Shown here one piece after another: positions 51,601 to 63,160 of a stretch of DNA of 64,000 nucleotides; positions within the stretch are counted from its first letter, which is position 1; each line of letters begins with the position of its first letter. A program made the position numbers and the translations under genes. Location: positions 62,001-126,000 of the forward strand of contig NIVC01002755.1 in NCBI GenBank assembly GCA_002269645.1, given 5' to 3'. A model generated the notes under the pieces. That model was not told where the DNA came from and searched no databases. It saw only the letters and a list, made by a program, of their open reading frames with translations. The stretch is from Macrostomum lignano (lineage: Eukaryota).

Positions 51601-54600
51601 GACTGACTGACTGACTGACTGACTGACTGACTGACTGACTGACTGACTGACTGACTGACTGACTGACTGACTGACTGATTGGCTACCCCCATTCAAGGCA
51701 CCTCGTGGCGGCACCAGCGCAGCAGGGCGCTGTTGGCGTCGCGGCCGAAGCCGGCAAGGCTGAACTCCTTCAGCGACTCGACCAGCGTCTTGAAGAAGGC
51801 GGCCGCGATTCGCTTAGCGTAGAGCGCCTGAGAGTCCTCCAGCTTGACGTTGTCAACCAGGTGCTGCCGGATGCTGGAGCGCAGATGGAGAAAGTGCTCA
51901 GCCGCCTCGGCCGCCTTGCCCAGCCGGACCAGCTCGCGGACGGCCTTGCGAGAGGATTTCGGGCCGCCGCGGAGGGACACGTGCGGTGGGATCTGCAGCT
52001 CCCTGAGGGCAGCGTAGGAAGACTGGGATACTTGAAGAATTTTAAGCAGTATGCACTGTGCAATCCTGTTTGTGCTCAAGCTCATATGGAGCTCAAACTG
52101 GGTCACATTGTGCTCATATGGAGCTCACCCAATCAGCAATCGGATGACGGCGCCCTTGCGCAGGTCGATGCGGCCTTTGAGCACCCGCATTTGCGGCCGG
52201 GCCTCCAGGCGCTTGTAGCACTCCAGCAGCAGGTCGACGGCCTTCTCAAAGCGGCGCTCAGCGATGAGAACGTCCAGGTCGTCCGGCTTGTCCTCGAACC
52301 AGGCCGCCTCCTCGTCCTCGAGACTGCGGGGTGCCGGAGCTGAAGAAGGCGAGGCTGGTGAAGCAGAGCCAGGGCGCCCCGCCACCAAGTGGGACGGCTG
52401 GCGCTTGCTGGAGTCCAGGATGGCCTTCGCCAGCTTCGCGGCGCGGACCTTCTCGATCTGCACATTTTCAGACGGCGGAGTTCCGAAGCTAAACCACGCA
52501 TACTTTAAAAGGTGCCGCTACCCCATAACCCCACCTGTACTTAAGCACTCAGGAGGTGCCTCCTGCCCCACTCGGTGGACTCACCCAGCCCGCTGCCTCA
52601 TCCGAGGAGTTGACGCTGAACACTCTGGTCTCGGGGAAGACGCGCATCTTGATGAGGTTGGCAAACTGAGCCGCCCCGGAGCTGCCGCCGCCGCCGCTGC
52701 TAGAAACAGCAGCGCCTTCAGGCGATGCGGAAAAGGCAGCGGGCGCAGTCTGGTGGAATCTGTCGATGTCCTGGCGGGAGGCAACAGCGCTGAAGGACAC
52801 GTTGTCCAGCTCGATGAGCTCCAGCAGCGTCATCTTCCTGCTGGAGGCGTCGGGGCCGCCGACAGAGGCCAGAAGGACGCAGTCATTGAGCAGGAACAGG
52901 TGGAACTCGCCGATCGGGTGCAGGCCGGCCGGACTGACCTCCGTGCAGTCGCCGTGGTGCAGCATTAATCTGTTTGGCACGTCAGCCACGTCTGAGCTGC
53001 CCTCCACGCGCTCCAGGATGTACGACAGCGCCTTGCGGGAGTCCGTCTCGGGGGCGGCGGCAGTGGAGGATGCGGTGGCGGGTGCACCAGCTGAGGCAGC
53101 GGAGGCAGCAGAATCCGTGCGCGGCTTACCCTCGGCACCGACCAGATCGGTGAGGCGAAAGTCGGTGAGCACCTCCAGCAGGTGGCGCTGGTCCTTCAGC
53201 ATGCTGCTCATCACCTGCATCTCGGCCTCCAGCAGCGCCACCTCCTTGGCTGCCTCAATGAACAGTTGGTAGTTCTGGTATACCGCCTTCTTGATGTTGC
53301 CATCAGTTTCTTCAACAATCTGCTGCACAATGGCCTCAATGTCCCCTGTGTTGTGCTCGCCTCGCTGTACCAAATCTTTCACAACTAAAAATTAATGGGA
53401 CCAGATAGAGTGAATGGTTGATAGCTATTTAGGAATATATAATTAAGTAAAGAAACTGTATAATATCCTATTTATTCCATGGCATTTTAAATAAAAATAA
53501 CTATAAAAACAAATAAAATTCAACATAAGCAATTATTAATAGAACAATATATATAGTTCCATACATATAGAACTTATAGAACCTATTCTATATACGAGGG
53601 GTGTCCAAAAAGTAGTGATACTTTTAACCGTAGCTCCCATTCTATACCTTCCTGTGATTTAAAATTTTATGAACTGATAGCGGAAAATCTCTTCTACAGA
53701 CTGCTTTTTAAATTTTTAAAATTGATACTAGAGAACAAAAGTTATACCCACGAAAGTAACAGCACCAGCACCACAGAGTTACACAAATTATATCGAAATT
53801 TATAATAGTCGACTTCTGCACTCATTCATTAAGAAGGCATCGATAAATGTCTTGTTTAAGCAATACCAAACCCCAATTGCAAAATGATGCTCACTGTGAC
53901 TGACTGAAATTTATCTATGGACGGGATCAGGTGCAGAAAAATAAAGCATTAAATAAAGCAAACAGAGGAGCTTGCATTTTGCGATTCATTCATGATTTCA
54001 TTGCCCATACTCGACAACACACATGAATGTGCACTCAGTTGTTGCTCGGCAAAGTACCATCTTCACTCTTTGGGGCGCTGGCCATGGTGCCTCAGAAATT
54101 CACGCAAAACTTTGCTCTGCGCACGGATCCTCTGCGGTCAGCAAAATGACAGTTTATCAATGGATGGAGCAGTTCAGCGAGGGAAGGACTGACTTGGCAG
54201 ATCAGCATTGGACGGGGCGGCCATACATTCATCGACCTGATGTACTAGCGGACTCCATTCTGGATCTTCTTGACCATTAGAGAGATCGCTGACAGGTTGG
54301 ACAAGACAAAATCAACAATTCATCGAAGCTTCCTCGGCATGGATCTCATGAAGCTCAGCCTATAATTTGTGTAACTCTATGGTACAGGCACTGCTACTTT
54401 CGTGGGTATAACTTTTGTTCTCTGGTATCAATTTTAAAAATTCAAAAAGCAGTCTGTAGAAGAGATTTTCCGCTATCAGTTCATAAAATTTTAAATCACA
54501 GGAAGGTATAGAATGAGAGCTACAGTTAAAAGTATCACTACTTTTTGGACACCCCTCGTAGAACACATATATATTATCAATTGAAAATAGAATATATTAG

Positions 54601-55442
54601 GAAAAATACTGCTCAAATTTAAAATCAGCACCAACAGAAACCTTTGAAGTGACAAAATTATGATCCCATCAAAGCTGCAACTAATTTATAAACATAAACA
54701 TAAAGAAGTTTATATATTATTTTTCTTAGTCTTGCATATTATATTTCAAACTAAAACAAACTAAAAGTATCAATAATAAAAAAATACTAATAAGAACATA
54801 ATGGCTATTTAAAGTCCTATAATGGCAACCAAACAAGATTTTGAATTGGGACTTCTTTTACTTTAGATACAATCAAGGCTAACTGTACCTAATTGGGTGT
54901 AGGTTTAGATTCCTGTTCTAAATTATTTTAATGCTTTTTCCTCACTAATTGGGCTCTGAAATTTGTGAAAAAGCATTAAAATAGTTTTGAGCAGGATTCC
55001 AAAGCTATGTCAGTAATTGGTGCTACCTTTGCAATAATTAAACTGTATAATTGTAAATTGTATTTTTGTATAAATTTATCTCAATAACATCAAGCCAAGG
55101 CCAGGGGCAGAGGCAAAAATTGTAAAAGAGAAGCAAACAAATTATCATGGTACAGGCCCCTTTGACTAGGTTTTAATGCCCCTGAATGCCCTACCGGTCT
55201 TTACGCCCTTATGAAATTTTTTGTGAATTCTAAAGGGCTAAGCCTACTCCATTGACAAATACAATACAATAGCAAAACCTTACTTACAAATTACTTACTT
55301 ACAAATTACTTTAGTACAAATTACTTACTTAGCAAAACCTTACAAATTACTTACACTCCAATGGATTCTCTTTCGTTCTTAAGATGCGTTTTAGACCAGT
55401 TGAAAGAGATACATCTTTTCTTTCTGTCCCATCTGTAGCCAT
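48640..55442 (-). CDS. EXOC8: Exocyst complex component 8 (Exo84). Exons 55442-55355, 53384-52585, 52457-52129, 52002-51702, 51465-51141, 50869-50676, 48810-48640.
   Basis: Vps51-like N-terminus IKKAVYQNYQLFIEAAKEV, PH domain (FHLFLLNDCVLLA...IKMRVFPETRVF), WFEDKPDDLDVLIAERRFEKAVDLL, SLRGGPKSSRKAVRELVRLG and C-terminal FILHNLTFL. Phases 1, 0, 2, 0, 1, 0 are all consistent. Confidence 0.92.
48855..50310. repeat. Two arrays in EXOC8 intron 6: 31-bp TTGTGAATCATCTGTGTTCACACACTGTCTG (about 48855-49100) and 37-bp GTGACGATGACAAGGTGGGTTGTTCGTGACGGCAAGC (about 49745-50310)
   Basis: Directly visible tandem copies. Confidence 0.85.
50900..51025. repeat. 22-bp repeat in EXOC8 intron 5
   Basis: TCAGGGTGATCAAAGCTGATTC, about 5.5 copies. 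Confidence 0.8.
51487..51678. repeat. (GACT)n microsatellite filling EXOC8 intron 4
   Basis: About 47 near-perfect copies. Confidence 0.95.
53595..54558 (+). mobile_element. Internally deleted Tc1/mariner element with ~200-bp TIRs and TA TSD in EXOC8 intron 1
   Basis: TA|CGAGGGGTGTCCAAAAAGTAGTGATAC ... GTATCACTACTTTTTGGACACCCCTCG|TA, with inverted repeats at about 53595-53797 and 54361-54558. Internal ORF 54023-54280 (ASEIHAKL...TVYQWMEQFSEGRTDLADQHWTGRP) is a mariner N-terminal HTH; a second HTH (IREIADRLDKTKSTIHR) follows in another frame. No DD(D) domain. Confidence 0.93.
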
Positions 55443-56807
55443 TGGCATTACACCCGCAAAGGGCTATATTTTTAAAAATAAATTATGGCAATTAAGACAG
55501 CCAACAGATGATTAGGCGAATAAAAGTCGAAAAAACATAAGTTTGTATTTGTAAATGTATTTATAACAATACAACGAAGCCAATGTAAAAACAAATATCA
55601 CTTTTTGATTACGACAAGTTTCTGAAATCTAGACTGGACTACTGTATATGTGTAGTATGTGTACACAATTTCTTGTAACTTCGTAGTTTTAAATTCATGT
55701 GAGAAAGGCAACTGAAAATTGTGTTAAAATATTACAAAAATCTTATCTAGCAGTTATTAATAAAGTTTATTTTGAAGTTACAATTTTTTCTTTAAAATCA
55801 TTTTATCTAAATTTTTCAGCTCTTTTGTTATTCGTGTATTTTTATTACCATATTTGAACATCATAGGTTTCTTGGAACTGTTTTAATCGATCTTGGCTCG
55901 CTCGCCATAAATCGCCACACTAATTATAGCGCAAGACTTAACTTGGAGTAATTTTTTTTCTTGTCAGGACTCAGAGCTTTGGTTTTGCTCTGTAGTTGTC
56001 TTTGATTCAGTTGAGCATGATTTGTAAGCGTAGCTGTGTCCAGCAGAAGTTAAATATAATTGTAAATTTGAGTTCGTTTTCGCTCCTGGGTGTGAAATCT
56101 TGTCTGGATCTGTATTTTATTTTTTTCGATAAAGAATTGTTTTAGTCTCTAATATCAAGGGCTCTTACAGATTTAAGGAGTCATGGACTATCATATTTTA
56201 TATTAACTTCCATAGTCAACAGTAATATTAAAGGCTACAGGGACAGGCTAAAATTTTAGTATTCTTGTATTTTGACTAGCAAGCTAATTTAGTAAGCATG
56301 AAAAGGTGAAATTTTCATGTTTTTAAATTACCTACAATTGTATAACCTTAAATTTTTATATTTTAAATTTCTTGTATAGCTATATTATTATTTTAAGTAT
56401 TCAAGGAAAAATACTAGATTTTATATTCAATATAAAATTATAGCTATTATGAGTAAGTTATCATGAGTAAACTCCAGAATAATTTACAATTTTTTCAACT
56501 TTTAAAGTGACATATCCAAGAGTTTATATGTTTAAAACTAATTTCCTGCTATTGGTTATGCTTAATTCAAAAAGTATATAAATGGAATATGTATTACTTT
56601 AAAATGATAATCTTTGCCATTGATAATCTTTGCCCTCTGCATCATATGGTCTAGACTGCATAAAAAGTGCTGCGCCCAACAACAACGCTGCGCAGACCCT
56701 GCTCGCTGTCTCCCTTTAGTAGTATAACAAATCCAAGTCTAGCTCTTCTGCGAACTTCATCTCTATTGAGACAACCCGGGAAGGCCAGGAGCAGCAGTGA
56801 GCAAGCT

Positions 56808-59800
56808 ATGTCCGACTGGCTCGCACCGGGGGCAGCGGGCGGCTCAGCCAGCAGCCCGCTACTGCCCACCACCTTCGGAGTTGGCGGTGTCAGCAGCGGC
56901 CTCGGCGCGGGCGTCGTCGACCACTTTGACATTCTCGATAGCGCCGGTGGCAGCGGCGGTGTTATTGGAGACGGCTGCCTCCTGATGGATGACGTCGGCC
57001 TCGGCGACGAGCCCGAAGTCCTCGGGTTGGAGGCGGCCGCTCTGCCAGCCGTGGAGGCCTCGGAGAACCAGTGCCTGCTGAGCGAGGAGCTGTACAGACT
57101 GTCCAGAGTGCGCCGCGTCTGGAAGAAGGAGAGCCTGGAGCTCTGGGCGCTGAAGGATGACGCCGGCTACGTGCTGGAGAGCCGAGGCGGCGTCTTCAGT
57201 CAGCAGTTTCAGCGAGCTCAGGTGCGCTCGGTTAGTCTGTTATTACCTGAGGCAGCTTAGTTGGTTTGTCGCAGGGTGGCTATTGGGTTCCGTCATAAAT
57301 TTATGCGAAAGTTGAGTTGAAAGAAGTTCTGCACATCTTGCTGACCCCTGAGCACGCACAGCGGCCAGGCGTTACCGGTATATTACAAAAACAAGGGCCA
57401 GAGGAGGCGTTGACCCTCATCAGTATGAATCGTATGACTGTTCGGGAGCCTCAGATTAATGTGACCGCTCTCGAAATCGAACCCAGGCAACCCAGAGCGA
57501 GAGAGTCGGGCGTGTTACGAGCTACCGCTCCACTGCTCAGCCCCTCTTGACAGGTGGTGCACAGGCAGTTTTAAATCTCAGACCCGGTCTTTAACTCAAC
57601 CAGGTGCGCTCGTGGACGGAGCTGACTGGCGGCGGCGGTGACGGACGCAGCTCCAACTCGAAGCGCCCCGCTGGCCGCCTGAAGGACCGGCTGGTGTTCG
57701 CCGTCCGCTTTATCGCCGACTCGGAGTGCAGCGGCGCCGAGTCGCAACAGCCGGGGGTCATCGGCGGCGGCGGTGCCAAGTGGCAGCGCTTCCGCGCGGT
57801 CTCGGTGCACCAGATGTACCGCTGGATGCTGGTGCTCAGACGCCTGTTTGACGACCCGACCTGCCCCGAGCCGCGGCCCGGCTCGACTTTGTCTCCCATG
57901 GCAACGAGGTTTGCTCTTACACTGCTGTTCAGCAGATTCGTTCCCGATTTGGCTTGCCCGCTCAATGCCCGCCGACTCGAACTGGGAATTTCTTTTTGCT
58001 TGCCTTCACCTGCTGATAGTCCCCTTGGTTTGAATTGACCCGAAGCTTGTGATTCCCTTAGTTTTAATTCAGCCGAAGCTTGTAATTCCCTTAGTTTTAA
58101 TTCAGCCGAAGCTTGTAATTCCCTTAGTTTTAATTCAGTCGAAGCTTGTAATTTCCTTAGTTTTATTTTAGCCGAAGCTTGTAATTCCCTTAGTTTTAAT
58201 TCAGCCAGAGCTTGTAATTCCCTTAGTTTTAATTCAGCCAGAGCTTGTAATTCCCTTAGTTTTAATTCAGCCAAAGCTTGTGATTCCCTTAGTTTAAATT
58301 CAGCCGAAGCTTGTAATTCCCTTAGTTTTAATTCAGTCGAAGCTTGTAATTTCCTTAGTTTTATTTTAGCCGAAGCTTGTAATTCCCTTAGTTTTAATTC
58401 AGCCAAAGCTTGTAATTCCCCAAGTTTTAAAGGTGTTAATTCACCAAAGGCTTGTAATACCCTTGATTAATTTTACTCAACTCTGGTAATTCCCTTAGTT
58501 TAAATTCAATCTCTGGTGACTCACTTCAATCAAACAGTTTCAGTAAATTTCTTCTTGTCCAAAGCTTCTGCTGTTCTCTCTCTGGTGCACCAGGCCGCAC
58601 ACTTCTGTTGCCTTTGGCTCGCTTCCAGCGGGGCTCGGCCGGAGCCTCCCTGCCTGCCAACCTGCCTCAAGTGCTGCTAGACGGGGGCGTCCTTCACGGG
58701 GTCACCGGTGGGGGGGCATGTTTTCCCTGTCTGTCCGAAACGCCGACCCCTCGCCCCATCGTCTTAAGCGATTCGCCAACGCCCGGCCGCGCCGCCCACT
58801 TTCCAACAATAATTTATAGTTCGCTTATTCGCGAGCCGCCGGCTTGGCTAATTAAAAAATCTGCTGTTGCGGACTGCCGGCGGAGGCGCTGCTGGCCGGC
58901 GCGGGCCGGTCGTAAACAAACACCGGCCGCTACGCTGGTGGCGATCCGCTCTGCCGCCGTGTCCGGGTGACCCTCGAGCGACACTTTGTTAGCGGCGAGG
59001 GGGGGGGGGTCCGGGGCTGCCCGGGCCTGCCGGAATTTCTGTGGCTCTTCAATGCGCCCTGCTCTCTTCTGCCTGACTCCCGGGCAGGCAGGCAGGCGAT
59101 TCCTCAATAGCCTGCCTGCTGCACATATCGGGCCGGGGTCGGATTCCCATACCGGCCCTTCTTCCCGCTTTTATTCAAGTGGCTTCGCGTTGGCAGAAAG
59201 ACCGACTACTCCCTGCTCGTCTCGAGGCGGTTTGATCGGCACTTGGGGATTTTTTTAGATATGGCCGCTTCCTCAATGCGGGGAATTCGCCTCTCCGCCC
59301 TTCATGAGAAATATTTTGGGAGTGGCCGCTTCCTCAATGTGGGGAATTCGCCTCTCCGCCCTTCATGAGAAATATTTTGGGAGTGGCCGCTTCCTCAATG
59401 TGGGGAATTCGCCTCTCCGCCCTTCATGAGAAATATTTTGGGAGTGGCCGCTTCCTGAATGCGGGGAATTCGCCTCTCCACCCTTCCTGAGGAATATTTT
59501 GGGAGTGGCCGCTTCCTCAATGCGGGGAATTCGCCTCTCCGCCCTTCCTGAGGGATATTTTGGGAGTGGCCGCTTCCTCAATGCGGGGAATTCGCCTCTC
59601 CGCCCTTCATGAGGAATATTTTGGGAGTGGCCGCTTCCTCAATGCGGGGAATTCGCCTCTCCGCCCTTCATGAGGAATATTTTGGGAGTGGCCGCTTCCT
59701 CAATGCGGGGAATTCGCCTCTCCGCCCTTCATGAGGAATATTTTGGGAGTGGCCGCTTCCTCAATGCGGGGAATTCGCCTCTCCGCCCTTCCTGAGGGAT

Positions 59801-61292
59801 ATTTTGGGAGTGGCCGCTTCCTCAATGTGGGGAATTCGCCTCTCCGCCCTTCCTGAGGAATATTTTGGGAGTGGCCGCTTCCTCAATGCGGGGAATTCGC
59901 CTCTCCGCCCTTCATGAGGAATATTTTGGGAGTGGCCGCTTCCTCAGTGCGGGGAATTCGCCTCTCCGCCCTTCCTGAGGGATATTTTGGGAGTGGCCGC
60001 TTCCTCAATGCGGGGAATTCGCCTCTCCGCCCTTCATGAGGAATATTTTGGGAGTGGCCGCTTCCTCAGTGCGGGGAATTCGCCTCTCCGCCCTTCATGA
60101 GAAATATTTTGGGAGTGGCCGCTTCCTCAATGCGGGGAGTTCGCCTCTCCGCCCTTCATGAGGAATATTTTGGGAGTGGCCGCTTCCTCAATGCGGGGAG
60201 TTCGCCTCTCCGCCCTTCCTGAGGAATATTTTGGGAGTGGCCGCTTCCTCAATGCGGGGAATTCGCCTCTCCGCCCTTCCTGAGGGATATTATCTAGCAT
60301 GGGAGTGGCCGCTTCCTCAATTGGAAAACTCCTGTCCCCACCCTGAGGGGGATATTTTGGGAGTGGCCGCTTCTCCATTGGAATAATTCCACTGTCACCT
60401 GTTTAAACCGCAAAATGACATTTGCATCGCGAACGCCCGCGGCAGGAGTTCCAGGGCCGCTGGGACAAGTGCCACCCCAGCATGCTGGACGCCCAGCTGT
60501 CTCACGAGGCGCACAGCAGCGAATCCCGCGGCTCCGACACCGGCCGGCCGAGTTCCCGCTATCAACCTACCGGCCAGAGCCAGCAGCCGCCAAGCTATGA
60601 GTCCATCATGACTCAGATGAAGTCCTGCCAGGTGCCCGCTGTGGTGAGTGCTCGAAAGGGCGCTGGGCTGATAATTGAATGATGAGCACTTGGGGGATGG
60701 ACTGAGCACCTGAAGGGGATGAGGCTTAGTCTGAGCACCTGGGGGATGGGGCTCAGTCTAGCAACTGGGGTATGAGGCTCAGTCTGAGCACCTGGAGGTG
60801 ATGAGGCTCAGTCTGAGCACCTGACTAATTATGCCTTGTCGCCGCCCCACCCGGCCGGCAGTTCCGCCAGCAGGAACACACGCCGCCACCCCTGCTGGCT
60901 GCCGGAGACGGCGCCTCGCAGAGCCGAAGGCGCCGCCGCCAGGAGGATGACACGTTCTTGCCGCCGCACGGGCCGCCGGTCCGCTGGCCGCTGAACCTTG
61001 GCGAGGGCGAGGAATTCGGCCTGCCTGAGCACGTGCAGCACCTGTGGGACTTCAACCTGGACCGGGCGGTGTTCGTGGACCACGCCAACAAGGCCGTGTT
61101 TTACGAGGACCCCCGCGGTGCCGACCGGGCCACCGCCAACGACCAGCTGCAGCAGCCGTGCCAGCAGCCCACCAAGTACGTCATCTACCGCGAGCCGGAG
61201 GGCCGGCAGAGCTCCACGGCCGACATTCTGCTGTCCCGGAGAATCTCAGCGTGCTGGAGGCCGAGAAAATGGCTGAGGCCGCTCGCTCTAAG
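56808..61292 (+). CDS. Multi-exon protein with N-terminal PH-like domain, PPxY motif and degenerate WW domain; probably continues past 61292. Exons 56808-57221, 57604-(about 57908?), 60446-60643, 60862-61292; junction between exons 2 and 3 unresolved.
   Basis: PH-like strands and terminal helix (RVRRVWKKESLELW...KDRLVFAVRF...RAVSVHQMYRWMLVLRRLF), QPPSYES, and WW-like LPEHVQHLWDFNLDRAVFVDHANKAVFYEDPR. Canonical splice sites at 57221/57604, 60643/60862 and 61292. Apparent frameshift near 61238. Confidence 0.6.
58030..58425. repeat. 33-bp minisatellite (about 12 copies)
   Basis: GAAGCTTGTAATTCCCTTAGTTTTAATTCAGCC. Confidence 0.9.
59262..60378. repeat. 61-bp minisatellite (about 18 copies)
   Basis: AATATTTTGGGAGTGGCCGCTTCCTCAATGCGGGGAATTCGCCTCTCCGCCCTTC(A/C)TGAGG. 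Confidence 0.95.
60680..60825. repeat. Degenerate ~29-bp repeat in the intron 60644-60861
   Basis: CTGAGCACCTGG(G/A)GG(A/T)GA(T/G)GAGGCTCAGT copies. Confidence 0.6.
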
Positions 61293-61350
61293 GTGAGGCT
61301 TTGGGGAGGCCTCCCACTGGTTTTCAGCCGCTACCTACCCTTTCATCCTA

Positions 61351-61560
61351 AGGGGGCTGTAGCCTAGTATTGTAGTGCCCTTGAGAGCCAAGGCACAGTG
61401 AAGTGTACCTACTAAATACTTAAGGATAAACAAAGTTAGGGCCGCTGTACACTCCTGTGTGGCTGCTCAGGGGAGTCAGCGGAATGGGCAGTAATGCCTC
61501 TTGCCGGTTTTGAATATTGCCTCTAATAAAAAATCAGTCCTTCAGGGGATTGTTAATACC
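61351..61560 (+). mobile_element. Possible SINE copy beginning with the same GGGGGCTGTAGCCTAGT head as the 19-bp array
   Basis: AGGGGGCTGTAGCCTAGT at about 61351-61368 matches the reverse complement of the array unit at 29845-30747. The body is unassigned. Confidence 0.35.
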
Positions 61561-62189
61561 CGCCCATCGCTGCAAATAGCACCGAGGGCTCCATCTTCTC
61601 AAAGATCTGCCTGTCTTTCATAGCCTGCCTCTGCTCTTCTTTTCTCTTCGTTTTTAAGCACTTTTAGCAGAGATCCGCTGAAGAAGTCCGTTGCAGTGAG
61701 TGAGGATGATGGCGCTGCATTCACCGGCTTGCCAGATAAGCTCAGCTGCTGAGCAGCTGATAGAGGCAGAGAGAATGGGGAAATGGAGTAAGCTGAGGCT
61801 AAAATAGCCGGACAGCAGCGAATCCCAGGGATAAAAGCAGCTTAGTTAAGGGGAGGGCAGCCCTGAACTCGCGCTGCCGTGGGAAAAGCACCGGGCTGCC
61901 TGCCTGCCAAGCGTGAAAGAGGCCGGGGCGGTCTGGGCTGGGCAGATCTGTCCGCCCCGGCCTCCCCTGCCCCCCCCCCCGCTGTCTCGCCAACTGGGTC
62001 GAATCTGGGGCGACTGCTGCTCAAGTGAGTAGGGTAGGGGGAGGGGCGGATACACGGGGACTGGCACAGTTGCCTGATACAGGCTCGCGCGTTCTTCATC
62101 TTGCTGCCCAAGCCGCCTCTCTCACTGCTCTGTTTTCAAGCTGTGATTCGTTGGGGAGGAAAATTTTAACTTTTTGTAAACCTGGATTT

Positions 62190-63160
62190 GGGTGAGCAGT
62201 GTCACTGAATTTGGGTGAGCAGTGTCACTGAATTTAGGTGAGCAGTGTCACTGAATTTAGGTGAGCAGTGTCACTGAATTTGGGTGAGCAGTGTCACTGA
62301 ATTTGGGTGAGCAGTGTCACTGAATTTGGGTGTGCAGTGTCACTGAATTTTGGTGAGCAGTGTCACTGAATTTGGGTGAGCAGTGTCACTGAATTTAGGT
62401 GAGCAGTGTCACTGAATTTGGGTGAGCAGTGTCACTGAATTTAGGTGAGCAGTGTCACTGAATTTAGGTGAGCAGTGTCACTGAATTTGGGTGAGCAGTG
62501 TCACTGAATTTGGGTGAGCAGTGTCACTGAATTTGGGTGAGCAGTGTCACTGAATTTTGGTGAGCAGTGTCACTGAATTTGGGTGAGCAGTGTCACTGAA
62601 TTTAGGTGAGCAGTGTCACTGAATTTAGGTGAGCAGTGTCACTGAATTTAGGTGAGCAGTGTCACTGAATTTAGGTGAGCAGTGTCACTGAATTTGGGTG
62701 AGCAGTGTCACTGAATTTGGGTGAGCAGTGTCACTGAATTTGGGTGAGCAGTGTCACTGAATTTTGGTGAGCAGTGTCACTGAATTTGGGTGAGCAGTGT
62801 CACTGAATTTAGGTGAGCAGTGTCACTGAATTTGGGTGAGCAGTGTCACTGAATTTAGGTGAGCAGTGTCACTGAATTTAGGTGAGCAGTGTCACTGAAT
62901 TTGGGTGAGCAGTGTCACTGAATTTGGGTGAGCAGTGTCACTGAATTTGGTGAGCAGTGTCACTGAATTTTGGTGAGCAGTGTCACTGAATTTGGGTGAG
63001 CAGTGTCACTGAATTTAGGTGAGCAGTGTCACTGAATTTGGGTGAGCAGTGTCACTGAATTTAGGTGAGCAGTGTCACTGAATTTAGGTGAGCAGTGTCA
63101 CTGAATTTGGGTGAGCAGTGTCACTGAATTTAGGTGAGCAGTGTCGTGAATTTGGGTGAA
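62190..63160. repeat. 23-bp minisatellite (about 41 copies) containing TTTAG|GTGAG / TTTGG|GTGAG
   Basis: GAATTT(A/G)GGTGAGCAGTGTCACT. Confidence 0.95.

Noticed and set aside
57591-58406. 271-aa minus ORF with LKLRELQASAE repeats resembling a Gag-like coiled coil
   Set aside because: Explained by a 33-bp minisatellite plus the antisense of a PH-domain exon; no Gag/Pol motifs nearby.
58590-58830. Extra coding exon of the PH/WW gene bridging the phase mismatch
   Set aside because: Candidate acceptors exist, but I could not find a convincing in-phase donor or recognisable peptide; left unresolved.
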